DNA of 64,000 nt, taken from contig NC_043013.1 in assembly GCF_006345805.1 (NCBI RefSeq), positions 14,880,001-14,944,000 of the forward strand. Direction: 5' to 3'. Shown in pieces: positions 27,818-40,061 of the stretch. Source of the stretch: Octopus sinensis. Taxonomy: Eukaryota. The translations under genes were made by a program, and so were the position numbers. The stretch's first letter is position 1, and the number at the start of each line of letters is the position of its first letter. Below the pieces are notes generated by a model. That model was not told the origin of the DNA and searched no databases. It saw only the letters and a program-made list of their open reading frames with translations.

Positions 27818-27866
27818 TAATCTATCTATCTATTTATCTGTCTGTTTATCTATCTACCTACCTACC
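27538..27866 (+). repeat. (CTAT)n/(CTGT)n tetranucleotide microsatellite
   Basis: Direct inspection. Confidence 0.95.
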
Positions 27867-28150
27867 TTATTTCTTTATTGTCCACAAGGGGCTAAACGTA
27901 GAGGGGACAAACGAGGACAGACAACTGGATTAAATCAATTACATCGACCCCAGTGCGTAACTGGTACTTATTTAATCGACCCCGAAAGGATGAAAGGCAA
28001 AGTCGACCTCGGCAGAATTTGAACTCAGAACATAACGGCAGATGAAATATCGCTAAGCATTTCGCCCGCCGTGCTAACGTTTCTGCCAGCACGCCACCTT
28101 CCTACCTACCTACCTACCTATCTATCTATCTATTTATCTATGTGTGTCTA

Positions 28151-28187
<37 letters not shown>

Positions 28188-29840
28188 GGTGAGATTGAGT
28201 TTGTGATGGGTATGGAATGAAAGAGTTTAATGAATTGGTAATTAATGTTCCACATTCTTTATATTTATCTACTTTGTTATTCTTGTTATTGAAACTACTG
28301 CGTGGATCTCCTGGTAATTGCCCAAAGTCACTTAGGATGGTCATAAAAACAAGTAAATAGCCCAGAACTATAAGATTTCAGTTTTATTATGATTAACTGA
28401 CTCAAATTTTATGTGACATATAATATACTTGTTGACGATGAACTATGATATATACGTTTGGTCTGTTTGTAATCCTGTTGACATGCCCATGAAGTGATTT
28501 AAATTCATTCTATATCACAGAATTTTTTCATAAGTTGATTGTGTTTCTAATCAGGATATCTGAGGAAGGGAATGAACAATAATGTTGCATACATCACATG
28601 CATTGCATAACTTTATATGTGGTATTGAATAAATGATGTTCGTTTTTCTCTTTCTCTCGTTTGACTGTGGCCATGCTGGAGCATCACCTTTAGTCGAGCA
28701 AATCGACCCCAGGACTTATTCTTTGTAAACCTAGTACTTATTCTATCGGTCTCTTTTGCCGAACCGCTAAGTTACAGAAATGATTTTAATATCTATTTGA
28801 CTTAGCTTTTCTTTAATTAAATTAATTAAATTATTTAATTGTGGAAATGATTTTAATATCTATTTGACTTAGCTTTTCCTCAATTAAATTAATTAATATT
28901 CACTCTGTAAAGCTTATAACATGCCTACTGGATTATAAGTTGGATTCACAAAGTGCCCCTTTTTATCATATATACTTCTTTTTTTCTTTACTAGTTTCAG
29001 TTCAAGAGCTGCAGCCATGCTGGAGCACTGCTGTTAGCTTTGCTACATTTTCTCAGCTTTTTTTATTTTTTAAATTCTATTTGTTTTTAATATTCCTTTT
29101 AGTATGTATGGCTGTGTGGTAAGAATTTTGCTTTTCAACCACACAGTTCTTATGTGTACCTTTCTTTCATTGGAGACTAAACTCTGCTTGCGAAGGCCTG
29201 TTGAGACAAGTGAAATCGAAATCAAAATCAAATTCGATGACTGGCATCCATGCTAGTGGAGCATTAAGAGTACCATCTGAGCATGATCGTTGCCAGAGCA
29301 ACAAACTGACTTCCATGCCAGTGACACATGAAAGCACCATTCAAGCGTGATCACCTTATTTGCACTTGTGCTGGTGGCACATGAAAAGCATTCAAGCGAG
29401 GTTGTTGCCAGTGCCACTGGACTGGCTCCTGAGCAAATGGCACATAAAAAGCACCATTTGAGCATGGCCGTTGCCATTACTGCCTGACTGGCCCTCATGC
29501 CAGTGGCACATAAAGGCACCAACTACACTCTCTGAGTGGTTGGCGTTAGGAACGACATCCAGCTATCTGGTTCGCCAGCCCTCAGTCAAATCGTCCAACC
29601 CATGCTAGCATGGAAATCGGACGTTAAGCGATGATGATGATATATATATACATATATATATTCTTTTATTTGTTTCAGTCATTTGACTGTGGCCATGCTG
29701 GAGCACTGCCTTTAGTCGAGCAAATTGAGCCTAGGACTTATTCTATCGGTCTCTTTTGTCAAACCGCCAAGTGACAGGGATGCAAACACACCAGCATCGG
29801 TTGTCAAGCGATGTTGGGGTGGACAAACACAGACACACAA

Positions 29841-29897
<57 letters not shown>

Positions 29898-29980
29898 AAG
29901 AACAATCTTACTTAGAAATGGATGCGGGCGTTCAGTCATATAATAAATTAATAAATAAAACATATGCATATATACATACA

Positions 29981-31406
29981 TCAGAACTGGAGGAGAAGTT
30001 CCAGGTGTGGAAGGAGGGTTTAGAATCGAGGGGCCTTAGAGTCAACCTAGCTAAAACCAAAGTACTAATAAGTAGGAAGGTACACAATCCACAAATGTCT
30101 TCAGGAAGATGGCCCTGCTCGATCTGTAGAAAAGGTGTAGGTAGAAACTCTATAAGATGCACCAAGTGTAAGCTATGGACACATAAGAGGTGCAGCAATG
30201 TCAAAGGTAGGCTAACTGGGAAGATAGTTTTTGTATGTGGCAGATGCTCGGGAGCATTAACCTCCGAAAATCTGCAGAAAACAACTTCCGTCACTTTCCA
30301 GGGGGAAAAACTAGAAGTAGTTGATAGCTTCCGTTATCTAGGTGACCAAGTCAGTAGTGGGGGTGGGTGCGCTGAAAGTGTAACTGCTAGAATAAGAATA
30401 GCCTGGGCAAAGTTTAGGGAGCTCTTACCTCTGCTGGTGACTAAAGGCCTCTCGCTCAGAGTAAAAGGCAGACTGTATGATGCGTGTGTACGAACAGCCA
30501 TGCTACATGGCAGTGAAACATGGGCCGTGACTGCTGAGGACATGCGTAAGCTCGTGAGGAATGAAGCCAGTATGCTCCGATGGATGTGTAATGTCAGTGT
30601 ACATACTCGACAGAGCGTTAGCACCTTGAGAGAAATGTTGTACCTAAGAAGCATCAGTTGTGGTGTGCAAGAGAGACGATTGCGCTGGTATGGTCATGTG
30701 GCGAGAATGGATGAAGATAGGTGTGTGAGAAAGTGCCAATCCCTAGCAGTTGAGGGAACCCGTGGAAGAGGTAGACCCAGGAAAACCTGGGACGAGGTGG
30801 TGAAGCACGACCTTCGAACTTTAGGCCTCACTGAGGAAATGACCAGCGACCGAGACCTTTGGAAATATTCTGTACGTGAGAAGACCAGGCAGGACAAGTG
30901 AGCCCAGCCCACTTATGAATGCCTTTTCTCCCTTGGACACAAAGACCTGTTGAGGCAAGCGAAGTCAATATAGAACCTCATCTGACGACAGGCACCCATG
31001 CCAACCCCCTTTGCTTGCGAAGACATGTTGGGGCAAGCGAAATCGAAATTGAAACCGAATTGAACCAGCCAGGATCCCTGGTCTGGTGGTACGTAAAAAG
31101 CACTATCCGACTCGTGGCCGATGCCAGCACCGCCTCGACTGGCTTCCGTGCCGGTGGCACATAAAATACACCAATCCGACCGTGGCCGTTGCCAGCCTCG
31201 CCTGGCACCTGTGCAGGTGGCACGTAAAAAGCACCCACTACACTCACGGAGTGGTTGGCGTTAGGAAGGGCATCCAGCTGTAGAAGCATTGCCAGATAAG
31301 ACTGGAGCCTGGTGCGGCCTTCTGGCTTCCCAGATCCCCGGTCGAACCGTCCAACCCATGCTAGCATGGAGAACAGACGTTAAACGATGATGATGATGAT
31401 GATGAT
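29981..31406 (+). mobile_element. 5'-truncated RTE-clade LINE (RT C-terminal half, 3' UTR, (GAT)n tail)
   Basis: Open frame SELEEKF...GLRVNLAKTK...FRYLG...LHGSETW...RLRWYGHVARM...GRGRPRKTW...RQDK* to 30901, about 485-nt 3' UTR and a GAT repeat tail. Confidence 0.95.
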
Positions 31407-31576
31407 ATGTACGTACCTACCTCTACATGTATATATACATGCATATATGGGTACAGGACACCAAAAAAACGTCGAACACAATGAGAAACGAAAACATAAA
31501 CACAAAACCAAGGAAATGGACATTTTTCTTAAACAATGAAAAAATAGAGTACAGGACATACAAAACAAGGAAAATT

Positions 31577-31651
31577 CCCCTTCTTCAGTCACCTTAGTTT
31601 CATCTACTCCACATTTCAAAGGTCAAGGCGATACATGACTTCAATGAAAAT
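31577..31651 (-). ncRNA. Inverted second copy of the permuted hammerhead at 33010
   Basis: Reverse complement nearly identical to 33010-33084, with a few substitutions. Confidence 0.6.
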
Positions 31652-31739
31652 TTCCTTCCCACGAAAATCAAATTAAATAAAATTTGAGATCTTTTTGCGG
31701 AGGGTACCAAAAACAGGACAGTAACAACAGTACAAAATA

Positions 31740-32445
31740 ATCATCATCATCATCATCATTTAGCGTCCGCTTTCCATGCTAGCATGGGTTGGACGGTTCA
31801 ACTGGGGTCTGTGAAGCCAGAAGGCTGCATCAGACCCAGTCTGATCTGGCAGTGTTTCTACAGTTGGATGCCCTTCCTAATGCCAACCACTCCGTGAGTG
31901 TAGTGGGTGCTTTTTACATGCCACCCGCACAGGTGCAAGACGGAGCTGGCAAACGGCCATGGACGGATGGTGCTTTTTACGTGCCAGGCGAGGCTGGCAA
32001 CGGCCATGAATGGATGGTGCTTTTTACGTGCCTCCGGCACGAGGCCAGTCAGTGCGGCGCTGGCAATGGCCACGAACGGATGGTGGTGCCAGACGAGTCT
32101 GGCAAACGGCCACGAACGGATGGTGCTTCTTTACGTGCCACCGGCACGGGGGCGAGGCGAGGCTGGCAACGGCCACGAACGGATGGTGCACGAGGCCAGT
32201 CTGGGCGGCACTGGCAACACCCACATTCGGAAGGTTCTCTTATGTGCCACCGGCACTGGTAACTCAGCTGCAATTTCCATTGATCGATTTCGATTCTGAT
32301 CCTCATTTGCCTCAACAGGTCTTCACAAGTAGAGTTTTGTGTCTCAAGAAGGGAAGGTATGCATAAGTGGGCTGGCTACATCCCATGTAGAAGGCCACGG
32401 GTTATGGTCTCACTTGTCCTGCCGGGTCTTCTCGCGCACAGCATA
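31740..32445 (-). mobile_element. RTE 3' fragment (last codons, 3' UTR, tail)
   Basis: Reverse strand YAVREKTRQDK*, UTR repeats and (ATC)n; short AAAATA-like duplication at both ends. Confidence 0.88.
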
Positions 32446-32826
32446 AAATATAAACAGTAAAAGAAAGGACATGGAGAATAACAGTAACACAAACAAGAAG
32501 GGCTGTTAAGCCAAACGAGATAAAACTTTTTTTTTACGAACGCTATTTTTTGAGAACGGCAGAGAGCAACAGATTTTACAGCCCTTCTTGTTTGTGTTAC
32601 TGTTATTCTCCGTGTCCTGTCTTTTACTGTTTTTGAAGGAAGCCAGGAGAAGAAAGACAATGGGACCCATCTCATCACGTGACCACGACGGGAGGGAGGA
32701 GGAGGAGGAGTAAGAGAAAGGGAGAGAAAAAAAGGGAAATGGTTGTAGAGAAAAGAATGAAGAATGAGAGAGAGTGGGAGAGACAGTAAGGTAGATGAAA
32801 AGGAAAGCCAAAAGAATGAAGGCTGA

Positions 32827-33300
32827 GAAAAAAAACTTTTATCTCGTTTGGCCTAACAGCCCTTCTTGTTTGTGTTACTGTTATTCTCCGTGTCCTGTCT
32901 TTTACTGTTTATATTTTGTAGTGTCGTTACTGTCCTGTTTTTGTTACTATTTTTACCCCTCTGCAAAAAAATCTCAAATTTTATTTAATTTGATTTTTGT
33001 GGGAAGGAAAGTTTTATAGAAGTCATGTATCGCCTTGACCTTCGAAATGTGGAGTAGATGAAACTAAGGCGACTGAAGAAGGGGAATTTTCCTTGTTTTG
33101 TATGTCCTGTACTCTATTTTTTCGTTGTTTAAAAGGAATGTCCATTTCCTTGGTTTTGTGTTTATGTTTTCGTTTCTCATTGTGTTCGACGTTTTTTTTG
33201 GTGTCCTGTACCCATATATGCATGTATATATACATGTAGAGGTAGGTACGTACATATATGTATGTATATATGCATATGTTTTATTAATTTATTTTATATA
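32827..33300 (+). mobile_element. Penelope-like terminal-repeat element carrying the permuted hammerhead
   Basis: An inverted copy spans about 29945-32535, interrupted by two RTE insertions. It ends in GTCCTGTACCCATATATGCATG plus TA-rich sequence, as do related copies near 500-610 and 1250-1375. No Penelope ORF is seen, so the class is inferred. Confidence 0.6.
33010..33084 (+). ncRNA. Candidate non-circularly permuted hammerhead ribozyme
   Basis: AGUUUUAU..CAUG-UA-UCGCCUU-GA-CCUUC-GAAA-UGUG..AUGAAACU-AAGGCGA-CUGAAGA-A-GGGG. Confidence 0.7.
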
Positions 33301-34457
33301 TATATACTCATATAAATGATAACGATAGTCACTGTGGTTTGAACAATTAGCTTAACGTGCACTCCACTTCAATAGCGAAATTCTTTCCTAAGCCTTCAAA
33401 CATTCTTTCAATCAACGTACCCTTCCCTCTCCACTTGTTCCCTACCTATTATTCCTTTAACCCTTCTCTTCCTACTATCTATCTTTGACGTCAATTCTCC
33501 TAACTGTTTTTTTAAAACACTCATTATCGTTTTGTTTACCATGTAGGCAGTCATCGAAATTTTTGTTTGTCTTGTTGTCGAGAGAGGCTCCCTTTCTTTC
33601 CTGATGAGAAGATTGCATAATGCACCCTTTATTCCTTTGGAATGAAACCATGTTGTCTTCGAGACATATGTCGAGAGTAAAGGAATTTTGTTAACATCTC
33701 CGTTCGACTCCATTCTTTCATTTATTCATATACAACACACAAATTTCTGCACTTGAACCCGGAGTTTCTACCCTTGGACAGGTCGCTTCAACCGTGTTTC
33801 TGACGTGAATTTGCTACCTTGGTTTCGATTCAACGAATTTTCCATGCTGACGATAAACATAGGATAATTCATTCACCTATTTATATATATATATATATAT
33901 ATATGACGGGCTTCTTTCAGTTTCCGTCTACCAAATCCACTCACAAGGCTTTGGTGGGCCTGCAATGGGACAGAACCCGGAACCATGTGGTTGGTAAGCT
34001 AGCTACTTACCATACAGCCACTCCTACGCCTATATAGATTGTTGTTGTTGTGACCCCCTTCGGTCATGGGATTGCACCTAGAAAGTTATCCTCCGAGGCA
34101 AGGTTGTTTATGGAAGACCAGTAGTCATCCATGCATACCAGCCTCCCTTCTCCACGCCACTTATGTTTTCCAGAGGAAAGGCAAAGGCCGATACCGCTTG
34201 GCACCAGTGACGTCGCAGCTCATTCTTTAGCACTCCACAGACACGTATTCCCTTAACGTAGTTCTCGGGGAGATTCAGCGTGACACAGAGTGTGACAAGG
34301 CTGGCTGTTTGAAATACAGGTACAAAGAAACAGGAAGAAAGAGTGAGAGAAAGTTGTGGTGAAAGAGTACAGCCGGAGCCTCATGGAGCTTTAGGTGATC
34401 GAACACGTGATCCTACGACCGCGAGTCCGCTGCCCTAACCACTGCGCCTCCACACAC

Positions 34458-34489
<32 letters not shown>

Positions 34490-34646
34490 CATACACACAC
34501 ACACACACACACATATATGTATATTATATATCAATAAGGACTGAACACGAAAAGTGGACAGTCAACATGCTAGATATAGACGTCAAATCGCCATTCTCCA
34601 CAAAAGATTATGTTCTCAAATCAAACTCAGCACAATAAAATAAAAC

Positions 34647-34681
<35 letters not shown>

Positions 34682-34696
34682 TATATATATACACAT

Positions 34697-34734
<38 letters not shown>

Positions 34735-35265
34735 CACATATCCTGAGAAAGAAGAGAGAGAGAGAGAGAGAGAGACAACCTGCAGAAAGTTCAGGAATTT
34801 ACGATGGCTATTTCCTTAACTGTCTTTTATAACTAAATAATATTTAACAGCATTTATATAGGGAAACGGCAGCAGAAGAAAATGCGGTTAATGTATATCG
34901 ATATACTAATCATTATCAATAAACTCATAAATAATTAATTAGTATTCAGCTAAATGAGTAAAAAAAAAACCCCAAAAATATGCTCAAAAAAAAAATTTAT
35001 AATTTAAGCCTCAAGAGAAACCCAGGTTGGCGGTGCTGAATGAATAATGCAGGCTAGAGTTATGTCCCTTGCCTTCTAATCGCACCGTTTTTTTGCTGCG
35101 TATGTGAATGTATACAGCTGTGTGTAAGTGCGTGTATGCGTCAGTGTAGTGCTACTGTGTATGCGTAACTGTGTGTGTGTCGTCGTCGTGTTGGCCACGA
35201 AGATTTGCCAATGACAACTTGTTTTAACTGAGCTTCACTATGTCACCTTATTATTGTATAGGCCT

Positions 35266-35346
35266 ATGGAGCAGATAAACACCTCAACACAGCAACAATG
35301 CCAGCAGATGACAGATAATGACGAGAAGACACTGAGGAAAGTCACT
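35266..35346 (+). CDS. ATP2C1: Probable first coding exon of ATP2C1/SPCA1 (MEQINTSTQQQCQQMTDNDEKTLRKVT)
   Basis: ATG at 35266, 27 open codons, then a phase-0 GTAAGT donor at 35347. It joins in frame to the phase-0 acceptor at 52483 and lies in a SINE-poor, CpG-richer stretch. There is no recognisable homology, so the link is inferred. Confidence 0.5.
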
Positions 35347-35457
35347 GTAAGTGATAAGAATGGTTTTATGTTGGTCTTTCTATATTTTCGCCCCCCGCCT
35401 CTCTTCATTACTTGTGGTGCTTGTTGCTTAAACCGATCTCACACACACTCCTCTTAG

Positions 35458-35509
<52 letters not shown>

Positions 35510-36728
35510 CTCACACATCATGTGTTATATTTCTGTAAGATATGTACATTTCATAAATATATTCATTTGTATATATATATATATATAATATATATATGTG
35601 TGTATATGTATAAAGATAGATGTATTTAAATGCATTTATATAGTGTATGGCTATGTGTATATATATGATATATGTGTATCATACACGTGTATATGTGATT
35701 ATATATACACGCATGTGAGTATATATGCTGAATATAGTTGTTCTACTCAGATGCATTCATATATCTAATATATACGCGTGCGTATGCATATATTACACAC
35801 CTATATCATACACACATGTATATTATGTAATATGAGTTATTTATTTATATATATAAACATTTATTATTTATTTATATATACACAGTTTTAAACCTCTATA
35901 TGTACGACTGCTGCTTTCTATTTAGGCTCGACGTGTCTTTATTTTGTAGATTATAATCTAACCCCCTACGCACAAATTTTCTGCTTGGTACTTTCATTAC
36001 CTGTTATTTAACTATTTATATATATATTCTGATATCATTTTCATTATGAAACAAATAGTGAAAACAATCCACGCAGAAAATTTTTGAAATAAGTACAAAA
36101 TTCGTAAGTAAATTTCATACATATTTTAAAAACAAAAAACAAACAAAAAGAAAAATAACAACGGTAATAACCGGAACTGCTTTCTTCTAGATCATTAATT
36201 AAATCCCTAGTCTCTAGCTGCAATCAGTCAAAATTAGTTAATGTTTGTTTTTACTATTATTATTAATGATATAATTTGAAAGGCGGCCAGCTCATCAGGT
36301 CCGGTGTATATTCCTGTTAGTTGGTTGGTGCTCGGCTCTCAGCTGGAACAACTTGTCATCACTTAATTTCTGTTTAATTAGTCAGAGCAAGCACTACTAG
36401 TCATCTGAGGACACACGTACACACACAAAAGACATCTGGTCAAGCCAAGCTATATATATATATATATAGTATTGAAGCTGAGTGTTATTAAGGTAAGCCT
36501 AAGCCTTATGTGGCTTAGGCTAAGTCAAAGCGCCCTCAACGTTCGTTGAATATTTTCCCTTAACTAAACCGGTTAAGCTTTACTTCAATGTGCTTTTATT
36601 AGATACCAACACTACAGAATTTCTTAACTCGTTGACCTTCGCCCTTTATATTTAGTAAAGAAGACCGTACGTCACACACAAACATTCTGACCAAGTTATA
36701 TACTATAACCAGGAATATACTGTTCAAC

Positions 36729-36781
<53 letters not shown>

Positions 36782-38676
36782 TCATTTATGCAAAATGTGG
36801 TTGTTGTAAAGCCTTATTCAGCTCTAGTTTCCGCTCCCGGCTGTTGCCACCTCGCACGTATTCCGTGTTTGAAACCTTTAAAAATTAATCTGTCTTCCTT
36901 GGGGCAACACTTAAAATAACTCGTTCTTCTTCTTATTATTATTATTAATAATAATATACAATATCATTATCTACTCCCGATTTATTACTCATGGTGTATG
37001 TATGTATGTGTGTGTATATATCTATCTATCTTTATATATACATAATTGCCTAAAGTATAGCTTCCAGTACATTCACATCGCACCGAACTTGCAGTTGGTT
37101 CCGTTTCCGACAACCACTATATATTACAATACTCGTAAGATATTTGTTTACACATGCATTCACATTCTCTTTTTCTCTCTCTCACACACACGAAGATATA
37201 TATATATACACACACACACTTATACTCTCGTACACCTCATCAAATTCATTCCACATATCGACTATTTCCTGAATAGTTGGAAATTTGGTTAATGTTCTCT
37301 CCTCGAAGAACTGCATGGAACTTTCTTTGTGTCTGTCGTACTACTGTTAAAACATTGTGTGTGTAACACACGCACACAAAAGTGTTATGGTCATGCTAGT
37401 GTGTGTCTAATTAATTATACAAAAATCGGGGTATAATCATAAACGAACCATTATGACACCTATTAAAAAATACATATGAATTTTTATTTATATATTCGTA
37501 ATTCTTTGATCGCTTTGTTTTCGGTAACAGAATATGGTAAGAAATATGTCGGAGTAAATGATAATTGTTAGTAAATTTATTGCGTGTATTAATTTTTAAC
37601 CCAGTATCCGGTTTAATGCTACCACCTGGCACCCGTTAGCGGAGTGTTCTTTATTATAAACATTTGGGGGACCAGGCCTCGGATTTGAGGATAACTCCAT
37701 CCCTTTTTGCTACCAGTGTCAGAGACCATAAAAGGGGTCATGGCAATGCCGACTAAGAAAAAAAATTTTTAAATAAAAGGTGGGGAGAGAAAGTTTCGCA
37801 TGAGAGATCTATCACAATCAGATGATATAGTAGTAATATATGTGTGTGTGAGTGTGAGAGAGACACAGGTACACACGCTCGTTCACCTGTGTGGTTTATG
37901 TGTATATAATTAACGTACGATATAATTACGTACAAGTTACCCTATCTTTCAGATATATATACGTTTATCTATTTGTTTTGCAAGATTCTTGATGTGAAGT
38001 CGGGTGCTGAAACACTTATATTTGGGGATGACCATACCCAAATATTACAGCATACGCATACACATAAATAGATAGATAGATATGAGAATGGCAGAGCGGT
38101 ATATCAATTATGAATAACTTAGATTAAACTACGATTTCTCATTCTTTCTTGAGTATAGAGCGTGCCTTTCATCGTGAGTGAATTCGAAAACCGCACAACT
38201 TGGTTTCGATTCGCGTTTGGCACTGCTTCGTTTATGAATATTACCGGGTTACGTCCAGGTATGTGCGACACACACACACACACACACACACATTAACGAG
38301 AAGAGGATTTTAGTATGAATTACTGAAATTGAATGGTTTGTGTTCGAATCCTCCACCCCTCGATTATCGTCTCAGTTTGTCAAGTTTCGATTGAATGAAT
38401 AAATAAAGCAACAAGACTAGGTTGAAGTATTTTCCTGTATTTTTCCCACACCCATTTTAATAAACGATTATAATCCTTCGATGACAAAACACACGGTGTA
38501 CATGAATGGGCGTGTACACACACCACACACACTACCGGCTACATACAAACCGTTTAAATTTCTCAAGTTTTTTGTTCTGAATAAAATATTAATGCTGACA
38601 ATTCTGTTAACGTATTCCTCCACTGCTCACGTCCTCTTTTTTTGCTTTTTGTTGCTCTCTTTACTCTCACACCACA

Positions 38677-38719
<43 letters not shown>

Positions 38720-40030
38720 TGTAAGTTTTATATGTGTATGTGTGGCCAAGAAACTTGCTTTGCAACCACATGGTTTTGGGTTCAGTCCTACTGCACGGCA
38801 GCTTGAGTATTTTCTATTATAGTTTTGGGCTGTGTTTTTGTCTAAGTATATACATGTATGTGTTTATTTGTAGATATCACCGATACAATTCCACCGTATA
38901 TAAAACAGGCTTCCCGTAGTTTCCATCTACCAAATTCACTCACATTCCACTGAGTAGCCCAAGTCTATAAAAGAAGGCTCTTACCCAAGGTGCTGCATAG
39001 TGGTTGTGCACTATACTCCTTAACCATATAACCATGAATGCTTGCTTAAGTAAAAAAAACACCATCCGAATGTAGTCGATGCCCCCCCCCCACCCTGATA
39101 GGCTCCTGTGCCAATAGCACGTAAAAAAGCACCATCTGAACATGGCCAATGCCAGTGCCACCTGAATGGCTCCTGTGCCAGTAGCATGTGAAAAGCATCC
39201 ACTACACACTTGGAGTGGTTGGCTTTAGGAAGGGCATCCAACTATAGAAACCTTGCTAGATCAGATTGGAGCCTGGTGCAGCCTCCTGGCTTGCCGGTCC
39301 CAAGTCAAACCGTCCAACCAATGCCAGCATGGAAAACAGGCGTTAAGCGATGATGATGATGATGATATGTGAAGGCAGCGAGCTGGCAAAAACGTTAGCA
39401 TGCCGGACGAAATGCTTAGCGGTATTCCATCTGGCGTTACGTCCTGAGTTCAAATTCCACCAAGGTCGACTTTGCCTTTCATCCTTTCGGGGTCAATAAG
39501 TTAAGTACCAGTTACGCTCTGGGGTCGATGTAATTGACTTAATCCTTTTGTCTGTCCTTGTTTGTCCCCTCTATGTTTAGCCCCTTGTGGGTAGTAAAGA
39601 AATATATATAATCGAAATCGTTCAACATCAATGGAAATTGTAGCTGAGATACCAGTGCTGGTGGCACATAAGAGAATCATCCGAATGTGGCCATTGCCAG
39701 CGCCGCTCTGACTGACCTCGTGCCGGCGGCACGTAAAAAGCACCATCCGATTGTGTCCGTTGCCAGCCTCGCCTGGCCCCCGTGCCGGTGGCACATAAAA
39801 AGCACCATCCGATCGTGGCTGTTTGCCAGCCTCATCTGGCACCTGTGCCGGTGGAACGTAAAAAGCACCCACTACACTCACGGAGTGGTTGGCGTTCGGA
39901 AGGGCATCCAGCCGTAGAAACATTGCCAGATCAGACTGGACCTGGTGCAGCCTTCTGGCTTCCCAGACCCCAGTTGAACCGTCCAACCCATGCTAGCATG
40001 GAAAACGGATGTTAAACGATGATGATGATG

Positions 40031-40061
<31 letters not shown>

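Noticed and set aside
28776-28897. About 55-bp direct duplication of AT-rich sequence
   Set aside because: Simple local tandem duplication with no additional signal.
29756-29980. N-terminal part of the 381-aa ORF
   Set aside because: Chance read-through from SINE and microsatellite sequence into the truncated RTE frame that starts at about 29981; not a complete protein.
31900-32260. About 60-nt repeats with variable intervening sequence, superficially CRISPR-like
   Set aside because: Part of an RTE 3' UTR in a eukaryote; the intervening sequences are related to each other and there are no cas genes.
33408-33713. 101-aa minus-strand ORF divergent from the putative ATP2C1 promoter
   Set aside because: No recognisable domain or splice context; cannot be supported as a gene.
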